From positions 192,001 through 256,000 of the forward strand of contig JBNKHE010000002.1 in the NCBI GenBank assembly GCA_050290185.1: a DNA stretch of 64,000 bases, given 5' to 3'. The notes under the pieces were generated by a model that was given only the letters and a program-made list of their open reading frames with translations, made no database searches and had not been told where the DNA came from. The DNA comes from Pontiella sp. Lineage in GTDB: Bacteria > Verrucomicrobiota > Kiritimatiellia > Kiritimatiellales > Pontiellaceae. Of the stretch, positions 8,699 through 20,498 are shown one piece after another. Each line of letters begins with the position of its first letter. The stretch's first letter is position 1. The position numbers and the translations under genes are program-made.

Positions 8699-11600
8699 AT
8701 GAATTGGATTTTGAAGAAAATTATCGGCTCGAAGAACGAGCGCGACCTCAAGAAGATGCGTCCCCTGATCGATAAGATCAATGCGCTGGACGAAGAATAC
8801 AAGGCATTGACCGACGAACAACTGCAGGCCAAAACCTCCGAATTCCAGACACGCCTGCAAAACGGCGAAACGCTCGAAGACATCGAGCTGGAAGCCTTTG
8901 CGACCGTTAAAAACGCTGCGCGACGGCTCTGCGGAACGGATGTGGATGTCTGCGGGCACCCGATTGGCTGGGAAATGGTGCACTTCGATGTGCAGCTGAT
9001 CGGCGGATTGGCTATTCACAAGGGAATGATTGCCGAAATGGCAACCGGTGAAGGCAAGACCCTTGTGGCGACCCTGCCCGTCTACCTCAATGCGCTTAAC
9101 GGCAAGGGTGTTCACGTAATCACCACCTCCGACTACCACTCACAGCGCGACTCCGAATGGATGGGGCATCTCTACAAATGGCTCGGCCTCACAGTCGGTT
9201 GCCTGAAAAACATGATGTCCCAGGAAGAACGCCGAAATGCATATCTTTGCGACATCACCTACGGCACCAACTCCGAGTTCGGCTTTGACTACCTGCGAGA
9301 CAACATGGCCCGCAGTCCCGAGGATATGGTACAGCAGAAGGGCCATGCCTTTGCGATCGTCGATGAAATCGACTCCATCCTGATCGACGAAGCGCGTACA
9401 CCACTCATTATTTCCGGCCCGGCACCCTACTCTTCCACGCAATACAGCGAACTGCAGCCGGCGACCGCTCGACTGGTTCGCCGTCAGCGTGACCTGTGCA
9501 CCGGATTGCTCAAGGAAGCGAAGGATCTGCTCGAAGCCGGGGAAGAAAACGAAGCGGCGCTCAAACTCTATCAGGTTCATGAAGGCATGCCTAAAAACAA
9601 GCAACTCATGCACATGATCGAGGATGTCCGCATCCGCAAGATGCTTGAAAAGACGCAAATGGCCATGCTTGCCGACGTCCGCAAGGATCAGGCCCGCGAA
9701 CTGCGCCAGGAACTCTATTTTACCATCGACGAAAAAGGCCATGATGCCGGTCTGACCGAAAAAGGGTGCGAGGAGCTAAATCCGGGCGACCCGGATATGT
9801 ATGTCCTGCCCGATATGATTACCATGATGGCGGAGCTGGACGGAGAGACCGAACTGTCGCCGGAAGAAATCATGGAAAAGCGCCGCGCCATCCAGGAAGA
9901 TTATGCCCTGCGCAACGAACGCATCCATGCGGTCGACCAGCTGATCAAGGCCTACAGCGTCTACGAAAAAGATGTCGACTATGTGGTCCAGGACAACCAG
10001 GTCATGATCGTCGACGAGCACACCGGCCGACTGATGGTGGGTCGCCGCTGGAGCGACGGACTGCATCAGGCCGTGGAAGCAAAGGAAGGCGTAACGATTG
10101 AACGCGAAACGCAGACGCTCGCCACGATCACCATTCAGAACTACTTCCGCATGTACGATAAGCTATCGGGCATGACGGGGACCGCTGAAACCGAGGCCGA
10201 CGAATTCCACCAGATCTACGGCCTCGATGTCATGGTCATTCCGACCAACCGTCCGGTACGCCGCGTTGACCTGAACGACCAGGTCTACAAAACCCAACGC
10301 GAAAAATTCAAAGCTGTCATCGATGAGATCAAGGCGGCTCATGCACGCAAACAACCGGTGCTCGTCGGCACGGTGGCGGTTGAAACCTCCGAAGTTCTAA
10401 GCCGTATGCTGCGCCGCGAAAACATAGTCCATAACGTGCTCAATGCGAAAAACCATGCGCGCGAAGCCGAGATCGTGGCCAATGCCGGCCAGCCCGGTGC
10501 GGTCACAATTGCCACCAACATGGCCGGCCGGGGTACCGACATTAAACTCGGCCAGGGCGTCGTCTATCTGAAGGACGAGGACATCCAGTCCAAAGACTTC
10601 TCACTCGACAGCAAGGTCGAAGGCCGGTCGCTGCGCAAGGTACTCGAAGAGACCCCCTGCGGCCTCTACGTCATCGCATCCGAACGCCACGAATCGCGCC
10701 GTATTGACCGCCAGTTGCGTGGGCGTTCGGCCCGTCAGGGCGACCCTGGTGTTACGCGCTTCTATGTCTCGCTCGAAGACAACCTGATGCGCCTGTTCGG
10801 CTCCGACCGCATCTCCAGCATCATGGAAAAACTCGGCATTCAGGAAGGCGAAGTGCTGGAACACCCATGGCTGAACAAATCGATCGAAACAGCCCAGCGC
10901 CGGGTGGAACAACAGAACTTCATGATGCGTAAACGCACGCTGGAATACGACGACGTCATGAATGCTCAGCGTACGGAAATCTACGGATTCCGGTCCGAGG
11001 CATTGACGACGGAAGATCCCCGCCAACAACTCATGACAGCAGTCGAGAACGCCGTGGCCTCCCGGGCCGAAGATGCGGTAGCCGCCAAGGACGAGGCCAG
11101 CCTCCATGCATTCATCGTATGGGTCAACACCACCTTCCCGCTCGGCATGCATGAAGAAAATCTTCCGGAAGAAAAGACGGTGGACAACCTGATAGATTGC
11201 GTGATGGATCGCGTAAAGGAAGCCTACGACCTCAAAGCCCGCCATGAAGACGACGAATCCCTGAAGCGACTCGAACGCCATCTTATCCTGCAGGCCATCG
11301 ACGAACACTGGCAGGAATATCTGCGCAACATGGACAGCCTGCGCGAAAGCATCGGCTTGCAGGCCTACGGACAGCGCGACCCGTTGGTTGAATACAAGCG
11401 GGAAGCCTATACCCTCTTCATGGATCTGATGGATCGCATCTACGAAGAGATTGCCAACTCTATGTTCCGCTCGGCCACATCGGTCGATGCCATTCAGGAA
11501 TTCTTCCAGCAGCTTCAGAGCTTGCAGGCAAAACATCCTGCAGCCTCGGCCCTGACCGCGGCAGCAACACAAACGGGTACGGCGCCTCGAGGCGGAAGAC

Positions 11601-11776
11601 CCCAGGGCGCTCCCCCTCCCGGGATGCAACCGATGGGCGCGCCGCCCCCCGGAATGGAACTCCCCCAGGCCACCAAACCGGTGCCGATTCGCAATAGCGG
11701 ACAGCAAGTGGGCCGTAACGACCCCTGCCCGTGCGGCAGCGGACGCAAATACAAGAAATGCTGTGGCGCGGAATAG
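8699..11776 (+). CDS. secA: Preprotein translocase ATPase SecA
   Basis: [62 protein letters not shown]-terminal [19 protein letters not shown]. Confidence 0.99.
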   Translation: MNWILKKIIGSKNERDLKKMRPLIDKINALDEEYKALTDEQLQAKTSEFQTRLQNGETLEDIELEAFATVKNAARRLCGTDVDVCGHPIGWEMVHFDVQLIGGLAIHKGMIAEMATGEGKTLVATLPVYLNALNGKGVHVITTSDYHSQRDSEWMGHLYKWLGLTVGCLKNMMSQEERRNAYLCDITYGTNSEFGFDYLRDNMARSPEDMVQQKGHAFAIVDEIDSILIDEARTPLIISGPAPYSSTQYSELQPATARLVRRQRDLCTGLLKEAKDLLEAGEENEAALKLYQVHEGMPKNKQLMHMIEDVRIRKMLEKTQMAMLADVRKDQARELRQELYFTIDEKGHDAGLTEKGCEELNPGDPDMYVLPDMITMMAELDGETELSPEEIMEKRRAIQEDYALRNERIHAVDQLIKAYSVYEKDVDYVVQDNQVMIVDEHTGRLMVGRRWSDGLHQAVEAKEGVTIERETQTLATITIQNYFRMYDKLSGMTGTAETEADEFHQIYGLDVMVIPTNRPVRRVDLNDQVYKTQREKFKAVIDEIKAAHARKQPVLVGTVAVETSEVLSRMLRRENIVHNVLNAKNHAREAEIVANAGQPGAVTIATNMAGRGTDIKLGQGVVYLKDEDIQSKDFSLDSKVEGRSLRKVLEETPCGLYVIASERHESRRIDRQLRGRSARQGDPGVTRFYVSLEDNLMRLFGSDRISSIMEKLGIQEGEVLEHPWLNKSIETAQRRVEQQNFMMRKRTLEYDDVMNAQRTEIYGFRSEALTTEDPRQQLMTAVENAVASRAEDAVAAKDEASLHAFIVWVNTTFPLGMHEENLPEEKTVDNLIDCVMDRVKEAYDLKARHEDDESLKRLERHLILQAIDEHWQEYLRNMDSLRESIGLQAYGQRDPLVEYKREAYTLFMDLMDRIYEEIANSMFRSATSVDAIQEFFQQLQSLQAKHPAASALTAAATQTGTAPRGGRPQGAPPPGMQPMGAPPPGMELPQATKPVPIRNSGQQVGRNDPCPCGSGRKYKKCCGAE

Positions 11777-11791
11777 CCACCAACCCGATGC

Positions 11792-13087
11792 GTGAACGTT
11801 GTCGAAACCATTAGGACAACCATTGAATGCCACGGACTGGTTCCTGCTGGCACTAAGCTGGTTGCAGGCGTTTCCGGCGGGGCCGACTCGGTGGCGTTGC
11901 TGCATGCGTTGCATGCCCTTGCTATTCCCCTGACCGTTGCGCACCTGAACCACGGCCTACGAGGGAGTGAGTCGGATGCCGACGAAACTTTCGTGCGCGA
12001 TCTTGCCGAACACCTGAGGTTGCCGATCAAGGTCAAATCGGTCGACGTTAAAGCGCTCTCTGAATCCGGCGGACTTTCGATTGAAATGGCGGCCCGTCAG
12101 GCCCGTCATGATTTCTTCGGTGAGTTTGGCAATGCCACGATCGCCCTCGCCCACCACGCCGACGATCAGACTGAAACCTTCATCCTGAAGCTGGCCCGGG
12201 GAGCGGGGCCCGAAGGATTGAGCGGCATGTCCTACACCCAGCAACTCGGCCCGCTCCGGTTGATTCGCCCCATGCTGGATGTGCCCCGCACCGCCATCCT
12301 TGAATGGCTGAATACCCGTGGGGTTTCCTGGCGCGAGGATTCCAGCAATGCCGACGAGAACTACCTCCGGAATAAAGTCCGGCATACGATTCTTCCCCTG
12401 CTTGAAAGCGAACTGAATCCGAACATCCGCGAAACCATCCTGCGCACAATGGATATTCTCAGAGAAGAAAATGACTGGATGGAAGACCTGCTGGAAGGTG
12501 TTTCCCTTGCGGACAAACTTCCTGTGGCGGCCCGGAGGCGACTGGTCAGGCGATGGCTTTTCGACCATGGAGCGGAGGAAGCGGGGTTCGATGCGGTAGA
12601 ACAGATTCTGAAACGAATGGATTCCGGCATGGGTTCGACGGTGTATGAATTGAACAACCGGCAACGCGTCGTAGTGGAATATGGTGTGCCCCGCTTTGAA
12701 TGCCTGAACGATCAACCAGCGGAGCCATCCTGGATGCTTTCCATCGAAACGGGACATGGTTGGAAAAAAGACCATGGCAAGGGAGTCGGCATACTGCCGG
12801 CAGATGCCTCGTTCGACGCCATCAAGGTTGGCGATTCCGCCATCACGGTCCGCACGGTTCAGCCTGGCGACCGCATCGAACCTTTGTGCATGGAGGGATC
12901 CCGCAAACTGCAGGATATTTTTACCGACCAGAAAATTCCCAAGGCGCAACGCGGCCGGATTCCCGTCGTGGTTTGCCGCGGCGAAATTATCTGGTTGCCC
13001 GGATATCGCATTGCAAGGAGTTGGGCGGTCGACGGCGAGCACGGAGAATCCATACATGTCCGCATTGAACAAATGCGTACGGCCTGA
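11792..13087 (+). CDS. tilS: tRNA(Ile)-lysidine synthetase
   Basis: PP-loop SGGADS, HLNHGLRG, AHHADDQTET, EDSSN, RNKVRH, C-terminal TilS domain; sits upstream of ftsH as usual. Confidence 0.96.
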   Translation: MNVVETIRTTIECHGLVPAGTKLVAGVSGGADSVALLHALHALAIPLTVAHLNHGLRGSESDADETFVRDLAEHLRLPIKVKSVDVKALSESGGLSIEMAARQARHDFFGEFGNATIALAHHADDQTETFILKLARGAGPEGLSGMSYTQQLGPLRLIRPMLDVPRTAILEWLNTRGVSWREDSSNADENYLRNKVRHTILPLLESELNPNIRETILRTMDILREENDWMEDLLEGVSLADKLPVAARRRLVRRWLFDHGAEEAGFDAVEQILKRMDSGMGSTVYELNNRQRVVVEYGVPRFECLNDQPAEPSWMLSIETGHGWKKDHGKGVGILPADASFDAIKVGDSAITVRTVQPGDRIEPLCMEGSRKLQDIFTDQKIPKAQRGRIPVVVCRGEIIWLPGYRIARSWAVDGEHGESIHVRIEQMRTA

Positions 13088-13167
13088 CTCCAACAGTACG
13101 TCGTAAGCGTTGCAATCACTTTTGGGCAATGGTAGTTTTCGCCCGGTTTTTACAGAAAGAAGCAATC

Positions 13168-15156
13168 ATGGCAGATAACAAAAAGACTCCAGACACAGGA
13201 CCCGAGAAGCCCGGAAAGAAAGGACCTCCCCCGATGCCCATGCGCGGCCTCGGAATTGCGCTCCTGATGGTGGCCGTTTTTCTAACGGTTTTGCAGCTTT
13301 TCTCCTCAAATGAACAGACTTCCAAGCTGATCAGCTACACCGATTTCACCAAGCTGGTTGAGGCAAAGCGCATTTCCAAAGTTGTGCTATCGCACGACAA
13401 CGCCGGAAACGTTTTTGCAACGGGGGAAAAGAAAGATGCAAACGCTGACGGCACAACGGATTTCAAGGTAAACCTCCCCTTTCGGAATGATGAACCACTG
13501 CAGCAGTTCCTGGCGGAAAACGGGGTTCAGATTGAGTCCAAACCGCCGAACACGATGCTGACCGGCATACTGGTTAATATCGTTCCCATCGCATTACTCT
13601 TTTTAATCATCTACTTCATCTTCATCCGCCAGATGAAAAATGCCGGGCGTGGCGCCATGAGCTTCGGCAAGAGCCGCGCCAAGCTATTGACTCAGGACAA
13701 GAACAAGATCACGTTCCAGCAGGTGGCCGGCGTGGACGAAGCCAAGGAGGAACTGGCCGAAGTGGTCGAGTTTCTGAAGGATCCGAAGAAGTTCCAGAAT
13801 CTGGGAGGCAAGATGCCCAAGGGGGTACTGCTTTCCGGCGCACCTGGCACCGGCAAGACCCTGCTGGCCAAGGCCGTCGCCGGCGAGGCGGATGTGCCGT
13901 TCTTTACCATCAGCGGTTCCGACTTTGTGGAAATGTTCGTGGGAATCGGCGCATCACGCGTGCGCGACATGTTCGAGCAGGGCAAGAAGAATGCGCCTTG
14001 CATCATCTTTATTGACGAAATCGATGCCGTAGGCCGCAGTCGTTTCAGTGGCATTGGCGGCGGACACGACGAGCGCGAGCAGACCCTGAACGCGTTGCTG
14101 GTTGAAATGGACGGCTTCGATACCCAGGAAGGTATCATCATTGTGGCTGCCACCAACCGACCGGACGTGCTCGACTCGGCCCTGCTACGACCCGGTCGTT
14201 TCGACCGCCAGGTAGTGGTCGACCTCCCGACACTGGAAGGTCGCGAACAGATTCTTAAGATCCATTCGCGCAATGTCCGTCTTTCCGATCAGGTAGAGCT
14301 GAAAAAATCCGCCCGCGGAACACCTGGTTTCTCGGGCGCCGATCTGGCCAACCTGGTAAACGAAGCCGCCCTGCTGGCCTCGCGCCGCGGAGCCGACTTT
14401 GTGGAACAGCAAGACATGGAAGAAGCCCGCGACAAGGTGATGTGGGGCCGGGAGCGCCGCAGCCACGTGCTTGATACGGAAGAAAAGAAGCTGACGGCCT
14501 ATCATGAAGCAGGCCACGCGGTTGCCATGTACCACACCCCGGAGTGCGAACCGATCCATAAGGTAACCATCATCCCGCGCGGCCGTGCGCTGGGGGCAAC
14601 TATGTCGTTGCCCGAGAAGGATCGCTATACCCAGTCGAAAAAGCGGCTTCAAGGCGATCTGGTGTCGCTGATGGGCGGACGGGCCGCGGAAGAACTGATC
14701 TTTGGCGATGTAACCACGGGCGCCCACAACGATATCGAACGTTCCACGCTCATTGCACGCGCCATGGTTTGCGAATACGGCATGAGCAAATTGCTGGGGC
14801 CGCAAAACCTCGGCAACCGCAACCAGCCGGTCTTCCTTGGGCAAGGCATTGATGGATCGCATGAGCACAGCGAAGAAACCGCGCAACGGATCGATCAGGA
14901 AGTCCAACGCATTTTGACGGAAGCCTACGATGCCTGCATGAAGATCCTGACGGACCATAAGGACAAGCTGATTGCCCTTTCAGAGATTCTCATCGAACGC
15001 GAAGTTCTGGATTTCGATCAAGTGGATACCATTATGAAAACGGGTTCACTACCTGAAGAAACTCCTGCCGAGCCAGCTCCGGAAGCCATAACCACCGAGC
15101 CGAAAGAGGAACCCCAAGAGGGGCCCCCGCAAGGGGAAGAAACCGGTTCGCTATAA
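13168..15156 (+). CDS. ftsH: ATP-dependent zinc metalloprotease FtsH
   Basis: Two TM segments, [32 protein letters not shown]. Confidence 0.98.
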   Translation: MADNKKTPDTGPEKPGKKGPPPMPMRGLGIALLMVAVFLTVLQLFSSNEQTSKLISYTDFTKLVEAKRISKVVLSHDNAGNVFATGEKKDANADGTTDFKVNLPFRNDEPLQQFLAENGVQIESKPPNTMLTGILVNIVPIALLFLIIYFIFIRQMKNAGRGAMSFGKSRAKLLTQDKNKITFQQVAGVDEAKEELAEVVEFLKDPKKFQNLGGKMPKGVLLSGAPGTGKTLLAKAVAGEADVPFFTISGSDFVEMFVGIGASRVRDMFEQGKKNAPCIIFIDEIDAVGRSRFSGIGGGHDEREQTLNALLVEMDGFDTQEGIIIVAATNRPDVLDSALLRPGRFDRQVVVDLPTLEGREQILKIHSRNVRLSDQVELKKSARGTPGFSGADLANLVNEAALLASRRGADFVEQQDMEEARDKVMWGRERRSHVLDTEEKKLTAYHEAGHAVAMYHTPECEPIHKVTIIPRGRALGATMSLPEKDRYTQSKKRLQGDLVSLMGGRAAEELIFGDVTTGAHNDIERSTLIARAMVCEYGMSKLLGPQNLGNRNQPVFLGQGIDGSHEHSEETAQRIDQEVQRILTEAYDACMKILTDHKDKLIALSEILIEREVLDFDQVDTIMKTGSLPEETPAEPAPEAITTEPKEEPQEGPPQGEETGSL

Positions 15157-15195
15157 TTGTTTTACATTGCCCTCAGAGGCAACTATTCTGCTGGA

Positions 15196-15540
15196 ATGAA
15201 AACAATGAGATATTTTACGGCGCTGGTTATTGTATTGCTGATTTCAAGTTGCACCACGACGTTCCGTCCATGGAATCTGAGTGCAATAAAGGCAGGCATG
15301 GATCGGGCCCAGGTGGTACATATTCTGGGCAAGCCAGACGCTACAGAGATGAAGGATGGCTCCGAATATCTGCATTATATCTATCAGGAAGACTTCAACC
15401 CCTCACCCGCATCGGTGCCGTTCTACGACCAGAACAGTGAACGGGTATTCCGGGATCTGAACGACCGGAGTTCCTTCAAGCAGTACGAGTATGTAGTGAT
15501 ACTGGCTGATGGTCAGGTCATTAACTACAAAGAACTCTAG
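15196..15540 (+). CDS. SmpA/OmlA (BamE-like) domain lipoprotein
   Basis: Lipobox ISSC; IKAGMDRAQVVHILGKP motif. Confidence 0.7.
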   Translation: MKTMRYFTALVIVLLISSCTTTFRPWNLSAIKAGMDRAQVVHILGKPDATEMKDGSEYLHYIYQEDFNPSPASVPFYDQNSERVFRDLNDRSSFKQYEYVVILADGQVINYKEL

Positions 15541-15603
15541 TCTACGGTAGCTTGTCCGCCGAATCTAGATCGAACGTGCTCCCAGGAAGCCCCGAGCGAA
15601 AGT

Positions 15604-16479
15604 TCACCGCCGGTTCCGCTGCATAAGCTCGTTGAGATAGGCATCATCCGCGGTTGGATCCCAGGTCTGGTTGTTATTCTTCCACTGCTGGTACGGCGTA
15701 GGAGTTGAGAATTCCTGCTGCTGTTGCGGCGGAGCTACCGGTTGCCGCTGTTGTTCCTGCCGTGTTTGGTAAGGACTTTTATAGGGTGTAAATCCGGATG
15801 TCGAGGGATTCACGGGGTCCGTATTTTGCGATGGAGCCTGCAGTTGCAACATTCCTGTGGAAGGTGAAGATCCGTAACTGCTTGTTCCGTATGGCCCCAA
15901 CTGACTATCCGGTTCCTGCCCATACATGGTTCGCGCCGGCTGGCCATAGCTATAGCTGGAATTCGGATTCTGCTGCCGGGAGTAATCATACCCCGTCTGC
16001 CCCCCTGCGCCATAGCTTCCAGTCCTGCGATAATCATAGGTTCCTACCGCCGGATCTTCACCGCCCCCCCTTTCCTGACGGTTGTTCCACTGCGTCCACC
16101 AATTCCCTTTATCTGAATTCTGGCTTTCACCGGAATCCATGGCAAACGGATCAGCATAGGGGTCGGCATCTGGATCTTCGTCTTCCAGTATCCAGGATTG
16201 CCTTGTCTGAATGGGAATGGGTCGGAACATGGGCGGACGCGCAGCAGGCTGCTGCCGGGAAAGCTCAACCTTTGCTTCCTTGAATTTTTCCGACTCGGTT
16301 ATACGCTCGTCCTCCGCGATATTGGGAAGAACCATGTCGCTTTGAACCACCTCCTGCCGTTCACGCAGGTATTTACGCATAATGCGTTGCTTCCGCTCAG
16401 CCATGGTTTCCCCGTATGCATTCCCGCAGAGCGGAGCAAGAACGGCGGCAACCAGAAATCCATGTACGATTCGTTTCAT
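15604..16479 (-). CDS. Secreted low-complexity Q/P/S/Y/G-rich hypothetical protein
   Basis: Signal peptide MKRIVHGFLVAAVLAPLCGNAYG; long unstructured-looking Q/Y/G/S-rich body. Confidence 0.75.
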   Translation of the reverse strand: MKRIVHGFLVAAVLAPLCGNAYGETMAERKQRIMRKYLRERQEVVQSDMVLPNIAEDERITESEKFKEAKVELSRQQPAARPPMFRPIPIQTRQSWILEDEDPDADPYADPFAMDSGESQNSDKGNWWTQWNNRQERGGGEDPAVGTYDYRRTGSYGAGGQTGYDYSRQQNPNSSYSYGQPARTMYGQEPDSQLGPYGTSSYGSSPSTGMLQLQAPSQNTDPVNPSTSGFTPYKSPYQTRQEQQRQPVAPPQQQQEFSTPTPYQQWKNNNQTWDPTADDAYLNELMQRNRR

Positions 16480-16579
16480 CTCCTACAACCTACTTTCGTG
16501 TACTTGGATACGTCAATGTTCGAGTGCGTTGAAAGTTTACCGGCAAATGATGGGGGTCAGGCCCAATGTGCATCCCCAT

Positions 16580-17818
16580 TTAGAATATGTAGCCTACCGA
16601 TAAGCCGATCAACTGCGTGGTCGTATCATACGTTCCGGCAGTGCCCGGTACTCTGGAAACAACCTCGGATCCCGTTTGCGCCTTATCGGCCCAGAGAAAG
16701 GAATACGCAAGGTCTATACTGACGTTATCCTTCCTCCAGCCGAGGCCGGCCATAGCCATTTGGCGATCCGAACCGGGAAGTTCCGGAGCTCGTGTGCTGT
16801 TGGGTACAGGCGATTTATCCCATACATAGCCGGCCCGCACCACCCAATCCCGGCACAACTGGTATTCACCGCCCAAACGGGTACTCCAGACGTCCTCCCA
16901 GCGCTTGGAGTTCACTTCAGGATTGGTGAGCGGATAACCCGCACCAAACATATAGGTCAAATGATCATACGAACTCCATTCGGTCCAGATGATGTCAAAG
17001 CCCACCTGCAGCCGCTCAAAGGAGTGGTTCGCCAGACCCAGACTCACGGAGGAGGGCAGTTCGATTACAGCACGGCCTGGAAAACTTGTTTCATTCGGAG
17101 GAACAGGATTTTTCTGCAACGCCACCGAACCGTCCAGCTTCACCTTGACTCTCGATTGAAACCGTGCGCCTGCCGACCAGTCCCGGGAAAGATTCCCATG
17201 AATCGATGCGGTATACCCGTAGGCCACGTCGTCCCCTTGCACCGTACGCACCCCGAAATCCGGCAGGCTTGCCGCGGTCAGGTCGCGACTCGCGGTCAGC
17301 TTGGCATCCGCATAAACCACATTGAAGCCGGCAGACGCGGACAGCCGGTCATTGATTCGATAGGCTAATGAAGGCGTCGTGTAGATGGCGGAAAAGTCGC
17401 TGTAAATAGCGGCAATCCCGCCCGCCCAGTCCCCCGGCCATTCGGTAATGAGTCCATACGGGGCATTTACAGCGAGTAGTGCCGACAAATCCCCGGAGAT
17501 GGGCAACACACAGTAAAGGTGCGGAATCGCACGCCACTGCTCAGACATGGAATCGTCGTATGCGGAACTAAGGGAACTGCTGAAATCGGTATGAATGCTG
17601 ACCAACGCGCTCCCTGCCATAATGGCCGGTCGCTCTGCACCGGCGCGGGCCGAAGGATTGTACCAGGCCAGAGAGGTCAAATCATCACGCCCGCTGATCG
17701 CACCACCCTGCCCCAGCGCCTCGGCCGACCCCTCCGTGTAAAGCTGGAAACCCGCTCCCAAAACTGAACTGCTGACGAGCCACGAAATAGTTAGTCCCGC
17801 CCCGAATAGCCGCTTCAT
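16580..17818 (-). CDS. fadL: OmpP1/FadL family outer-membrane long-chain fatty acid transporter
   Basis: Mature N-terminus AGFQLYTEGSAEALGQGGA, NPS motif, APYGL, terminal Phe; directly downstream of the acyl-CoA synthetase. Confidence 0.88.
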   Translation of the reverse strand: MKRLFGAGLTISWLVSSSVLGAGFQLYTEGSAEALGQGGAISGRDDLTSLAWYNPSARAGAERPAIMAGSALVSIHTDFSSSLSSAYDDSMSEQWRAIPHLYCVLPISGDLSALLAVNAPYGLITEWPGDWAGGIAAIYSDFSAIYTTPSLAYRINDRLSASAGFNVVYADAKLTASRDLTAASLPDFGVRTVQGDDVAYGYTASIHGNLSRDWSAGARFQSRVKVKLDGSVALQKNPVPPNETSFPGRAVIELPSSVSLGLANHSFERLQVGFDIIWTEWSSYDHLTYMFGAGYPLTNPEVNSKRWEDVWSTRLGGEYQLCRDWVVRAGYVWDKSPVPNSTRAPELPGSDRQMAMAGLGWRKDNVSIDLAYSFLWADKAQTGSEVVSRVPGTAGTYDTTTQLIGLSVGYIF

Positions 17819-17837
17819 CCATTTCCCCCTTGTCTTG

Positions 17838-19517
17838 CTAACGTATGGATGTGTCGATGGCATAAAGGTAACGTTTGATCTTCTGCGTAGTTGTCTTTTC
17901 AAATTCATCAAAGCGGACTTCGATCCGACGCGGTCGTTTGTAGTCCGAGAGTTCGCCCAGCTGCTTGCGTACATCATCGCGCACCCGTTGCTTGATATCA
18001 TCGTCCAGCAATCGCGTTCCTTCCTGATCCTCCATACGTTCGAAGACTTCCAGATTGGGCACCACGATCAAACCAACCCGTTCGCCGACATCATCACCCG
18101 GCTCTCGATAGCCCATGGATAGACATTCGAGTACATACCTGCTTTTCATGGCCTGTCGTTCAACCTCTTCCGGATAGATGTTTTTCCCCTCGCGGTTTAC
18201 AATCATACTCTTCTTGCGACCGCTTATGATCAGGTAGCCGGAGTCGTCGAAACGACCCAGGTCGCCGGTATGGTACCAGCCATCCACCAGCACCATGGCG
18301 GTTTCCTCCGGATTGTTGTAATACCCCTGCATCACATTATCGCCCCGGGCGGCAATCTCCCCGATGCCCTCCGGGTTGGGATCCATGATTCCGATCTCGA
18401 CCCCACCCAATGGCGGACCGACTGTACCGATCCTAGAAGCGTCGGGCCGGTTGACCGTCAGTACCGGAGCGGTTTCCGTGATGCCGTAGCCCTCAACCAC
18501 CAGAATGCCCAGTTTGTTCCATGTCTTCAAGGTGGTTGGGCTGATCGGCGCACCTCCGGATACAATGACGCGCAATGCGCCACCCAGCCCCTGATGGATT
18601 TTCCGCCCGACCACCCTGGCCAGCCCAAACCGGTACATCAACCAGGCCGGGCGGCTGGCCTTGATCCCCTCCATTACGCGGGACAACATCTTTTCCAGCA
18701 GCAGGGGAACGGCCAGTAGCACGGTCGGCGAGCAATCCGCCATGTTGGTTTTGATGGACTTCAGGTTTTCGACAAGGCTGACCTCGCACTTCGCATAGAG
18801 GGGCAGAAGCATGTTTCCCGTAAAGGCAAATGAATGGTGTAACGGGAGAATGAGCATGAAGTTGTCGGTCTGGCGGATGTCGATGGCCTCGGCAATGCTG
18901 GTCACGTTCGCCATAAAATTGCGATGGGTCAACATCGCCCCTTTCTGACGGCCGGTCGTACCTGAGGTATAGATAAATGAAGCCGGCAATGAATCCTCGG
19001 GATCGATTGCATCGAAGGCCCGCCCCTCCGCCATGGCCTCCGCGGATACTTCTTCCCATAGTTTTGCATAGGCTATGCAGCGTATGTGTTCGCAACTTAA
19101 CGCAGGATCATTTGCTCCATCAACAACTACCACAGAACGCAACGTATGAAGCCGGAAACAAATATCATCGATAACCGCGGTCATCCTCATGGAGCAGAAG
19201 ACCGAGGAAACGCCGCAGTCATGAAAGATATGCGCCACCTCCTGTTCCCGCAGCTTGGCGTCGACCGGAACGGCAATGGCCCCGATGGATACAATTCCAT
19301 AATAAATCTCGAACCATTCCGGCGAGTTTTCACGATAGATAGCCACGCGATCGCCTGGCTTGACGCCCAGCTTTGCCAGCATTTCGGAAACATGCCATGC
19401 CCGTTCGCGCAACGCCTTGAACGAAGTGGTTTGCCAGCGGCCGTCTTGCTTGTATCTCAGCGCAACCGCATCCGGGTTCTCGTTCGCAGCGCGATTCAAA
19501 CAATCCTTAATGGTCAT
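17838..19517 (-). CDS. fadD: Long-chain-fatty-acid--CoA ligase (AMP-binding)
   Basis: IYTSGTTGRQKG, EGYGITE, GWYHTGDLG, GRKK..GKNIYPEE; strong AGGAGG RBS. Confidence 0.9.
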   Translation of the reverse strand: MTIKDCLNRAANENPDAVALRYKQDGRWQTTSFKALRERAWHVSEMLAKLGVKPGDRVAIYRENSPEWFEIYYGIVSIGAIAVPVDAKLREQEVAHIFHDCGVSSVFCSMRMTAVIDDICFRLHTLRSVVVVDGANDPALSCEHIRCIAYAKLWEEVSAEAMAEGRAFDAIDPEDSLPASFIYTSGTTGRQKGAMLTHRNFMANVTSIAEAIDIRQTDNFMLILPLHHSFAFTGNMLLPLYAKCEVSLVENLKSIKTNMADCSPTVLLAVPLLLEKMLSRVMEGIKASRPAWLMYRFGLARVVGRKIHQGLGGALRVIVSGGAPISPTTLKTWNKLGILVVEGYGITETAPVLTVNRPDASRIGTVGPPLGGVEIGIMDPNPEGIGEIAARGDNVMQGYYNNPEETAMVLVDGWYHTGDLGRFDDSGYLIISGRKKSMIVNREGKNIYPEEVERQAMKSRYVLECLSMGYREPGDDVGERVGLIVVPNLEVFERMEDQEGTRLLDDDIKQRVRDDVRKQLGELSDYKRPRRIEVRFDEFEKTTTQKIKRYLYAIDTSIR

Positions 19518-19772
19518 TGCTCCCCCTCCTCTTGAACAGTGGGATTTTGCCATACCACCCGAATTCCGGCAACTGTTTCCAAGGGACTTGAAAAACCTCC
19601 GTTAGGCAAGCTTTGATTCAACAACAACGGTCTTCATCGACATAGAGCTCTCCTGATTGAACGAACAGGATAGCAAAACCCATCATCCCGTAAACCCTGC
19701 TCTCAGATTACAGGAACAAAAACGAGGGTATCGTGGCGAACCGCAGCACCATCATAGCTGCAACAGTAGCTA

Positions 19773-20447
19773 TCAATCCTCGAGCACGTAGCCAATGCCA
19801 CGAATGGTGTGAATCAGCTTTTTCTCGAACGGTTTGTCCACCTTGTTTCGCAGATGATGCATCCGCACCTCCACCACGTTGGATCCGGGATCGAAGTTCA
19901 TATCCCACATTCGCTCCATGATCAAAGTTTTGGACAAAACACGTCCTTTGTTGTGCATCATGTAATGGAGCAGCTTGAACTCCAGCGGCTGAAGGGGAAC
20001 TTCGACCGATCCGCGATACGCCTTGTGCCGCCCCGAGTCCAGCCTCAAATCTGCCACGGATAGTACCCTATCTTGCTCCTTTGACCGATTGGAGCGCCGG
20101 TAAAGCGCTTGGGTGCGGGCCAGCAATTCCGAGAAAGCAAAGGGTTTGACCAAGTAATCGTCACCTCCTATATCCAACCCCTTCACACGGTCTTCGACCG
20201 TATTTAGCGCACTGAGGAAGAGAACCGGAACGCCCGAATCCATTTGTCTAAGGCTCTTGACCAACTCGAATCCATCCAGATCGGGCAAAAGTATATCGCA
20301 TATCAAGACATCGTATTCAAACGTATCGAGAAGGGCCAATCCATCTTTTCCCAGCTCGGCATGATCAACGACATGACCCGACCGCCGCATCCCACCAACG
20401 ATGAATGTAGCGGTGGTCTTGCTATCCTCCACAAGTAGTATTCGCAT
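19773..20447 (-). CDS. OmpR-family response regulator (CusR/CzcR-like), no adjacent kinase
   Basis: LLVED, DILLP (phospho-Asp), DDYLVKPF, wHTH SNVVEV..LRNKVD..LIHTIRGIGY. Confidence 0.93.
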   Translation of the reverse strand: MRILLVEDSKTTATFIVGGMRRSGHVVDHAELGKDGLALLDTFEYDVLICDILLPDLDGFELVKSLRQMDSGVPVLFLSALNTVEDRVKGLDIGGDDYLVKPFAFSELLARTQALYRRSNRSKEQDRVLSVADLRLDSGRHKAYRGSVEVPLQPLEFKLLHYMMHNKGRVLSKTLIMERMWDMNFDPGSNVVEVRMHHLRNKVDKPFEKKLIHTIRGIGYVLED

Positions 20448-20498
20448 ATGTATCCAACTCCTGAGTCTTCAACTGATACAAACTCCAGTCATATCAAA

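Noticed and set aside
10601..11953. 450-aa antisense ORF over secA/tilS (likewise 11957-13165, 21813-22919, 26786-27952, 30974-32320, 5211-6194)
   Set aside because: Antisense or alternate-frame shadows typical of GC-rich coding DNA; no motifs, and each fully overlaps a confident gene.
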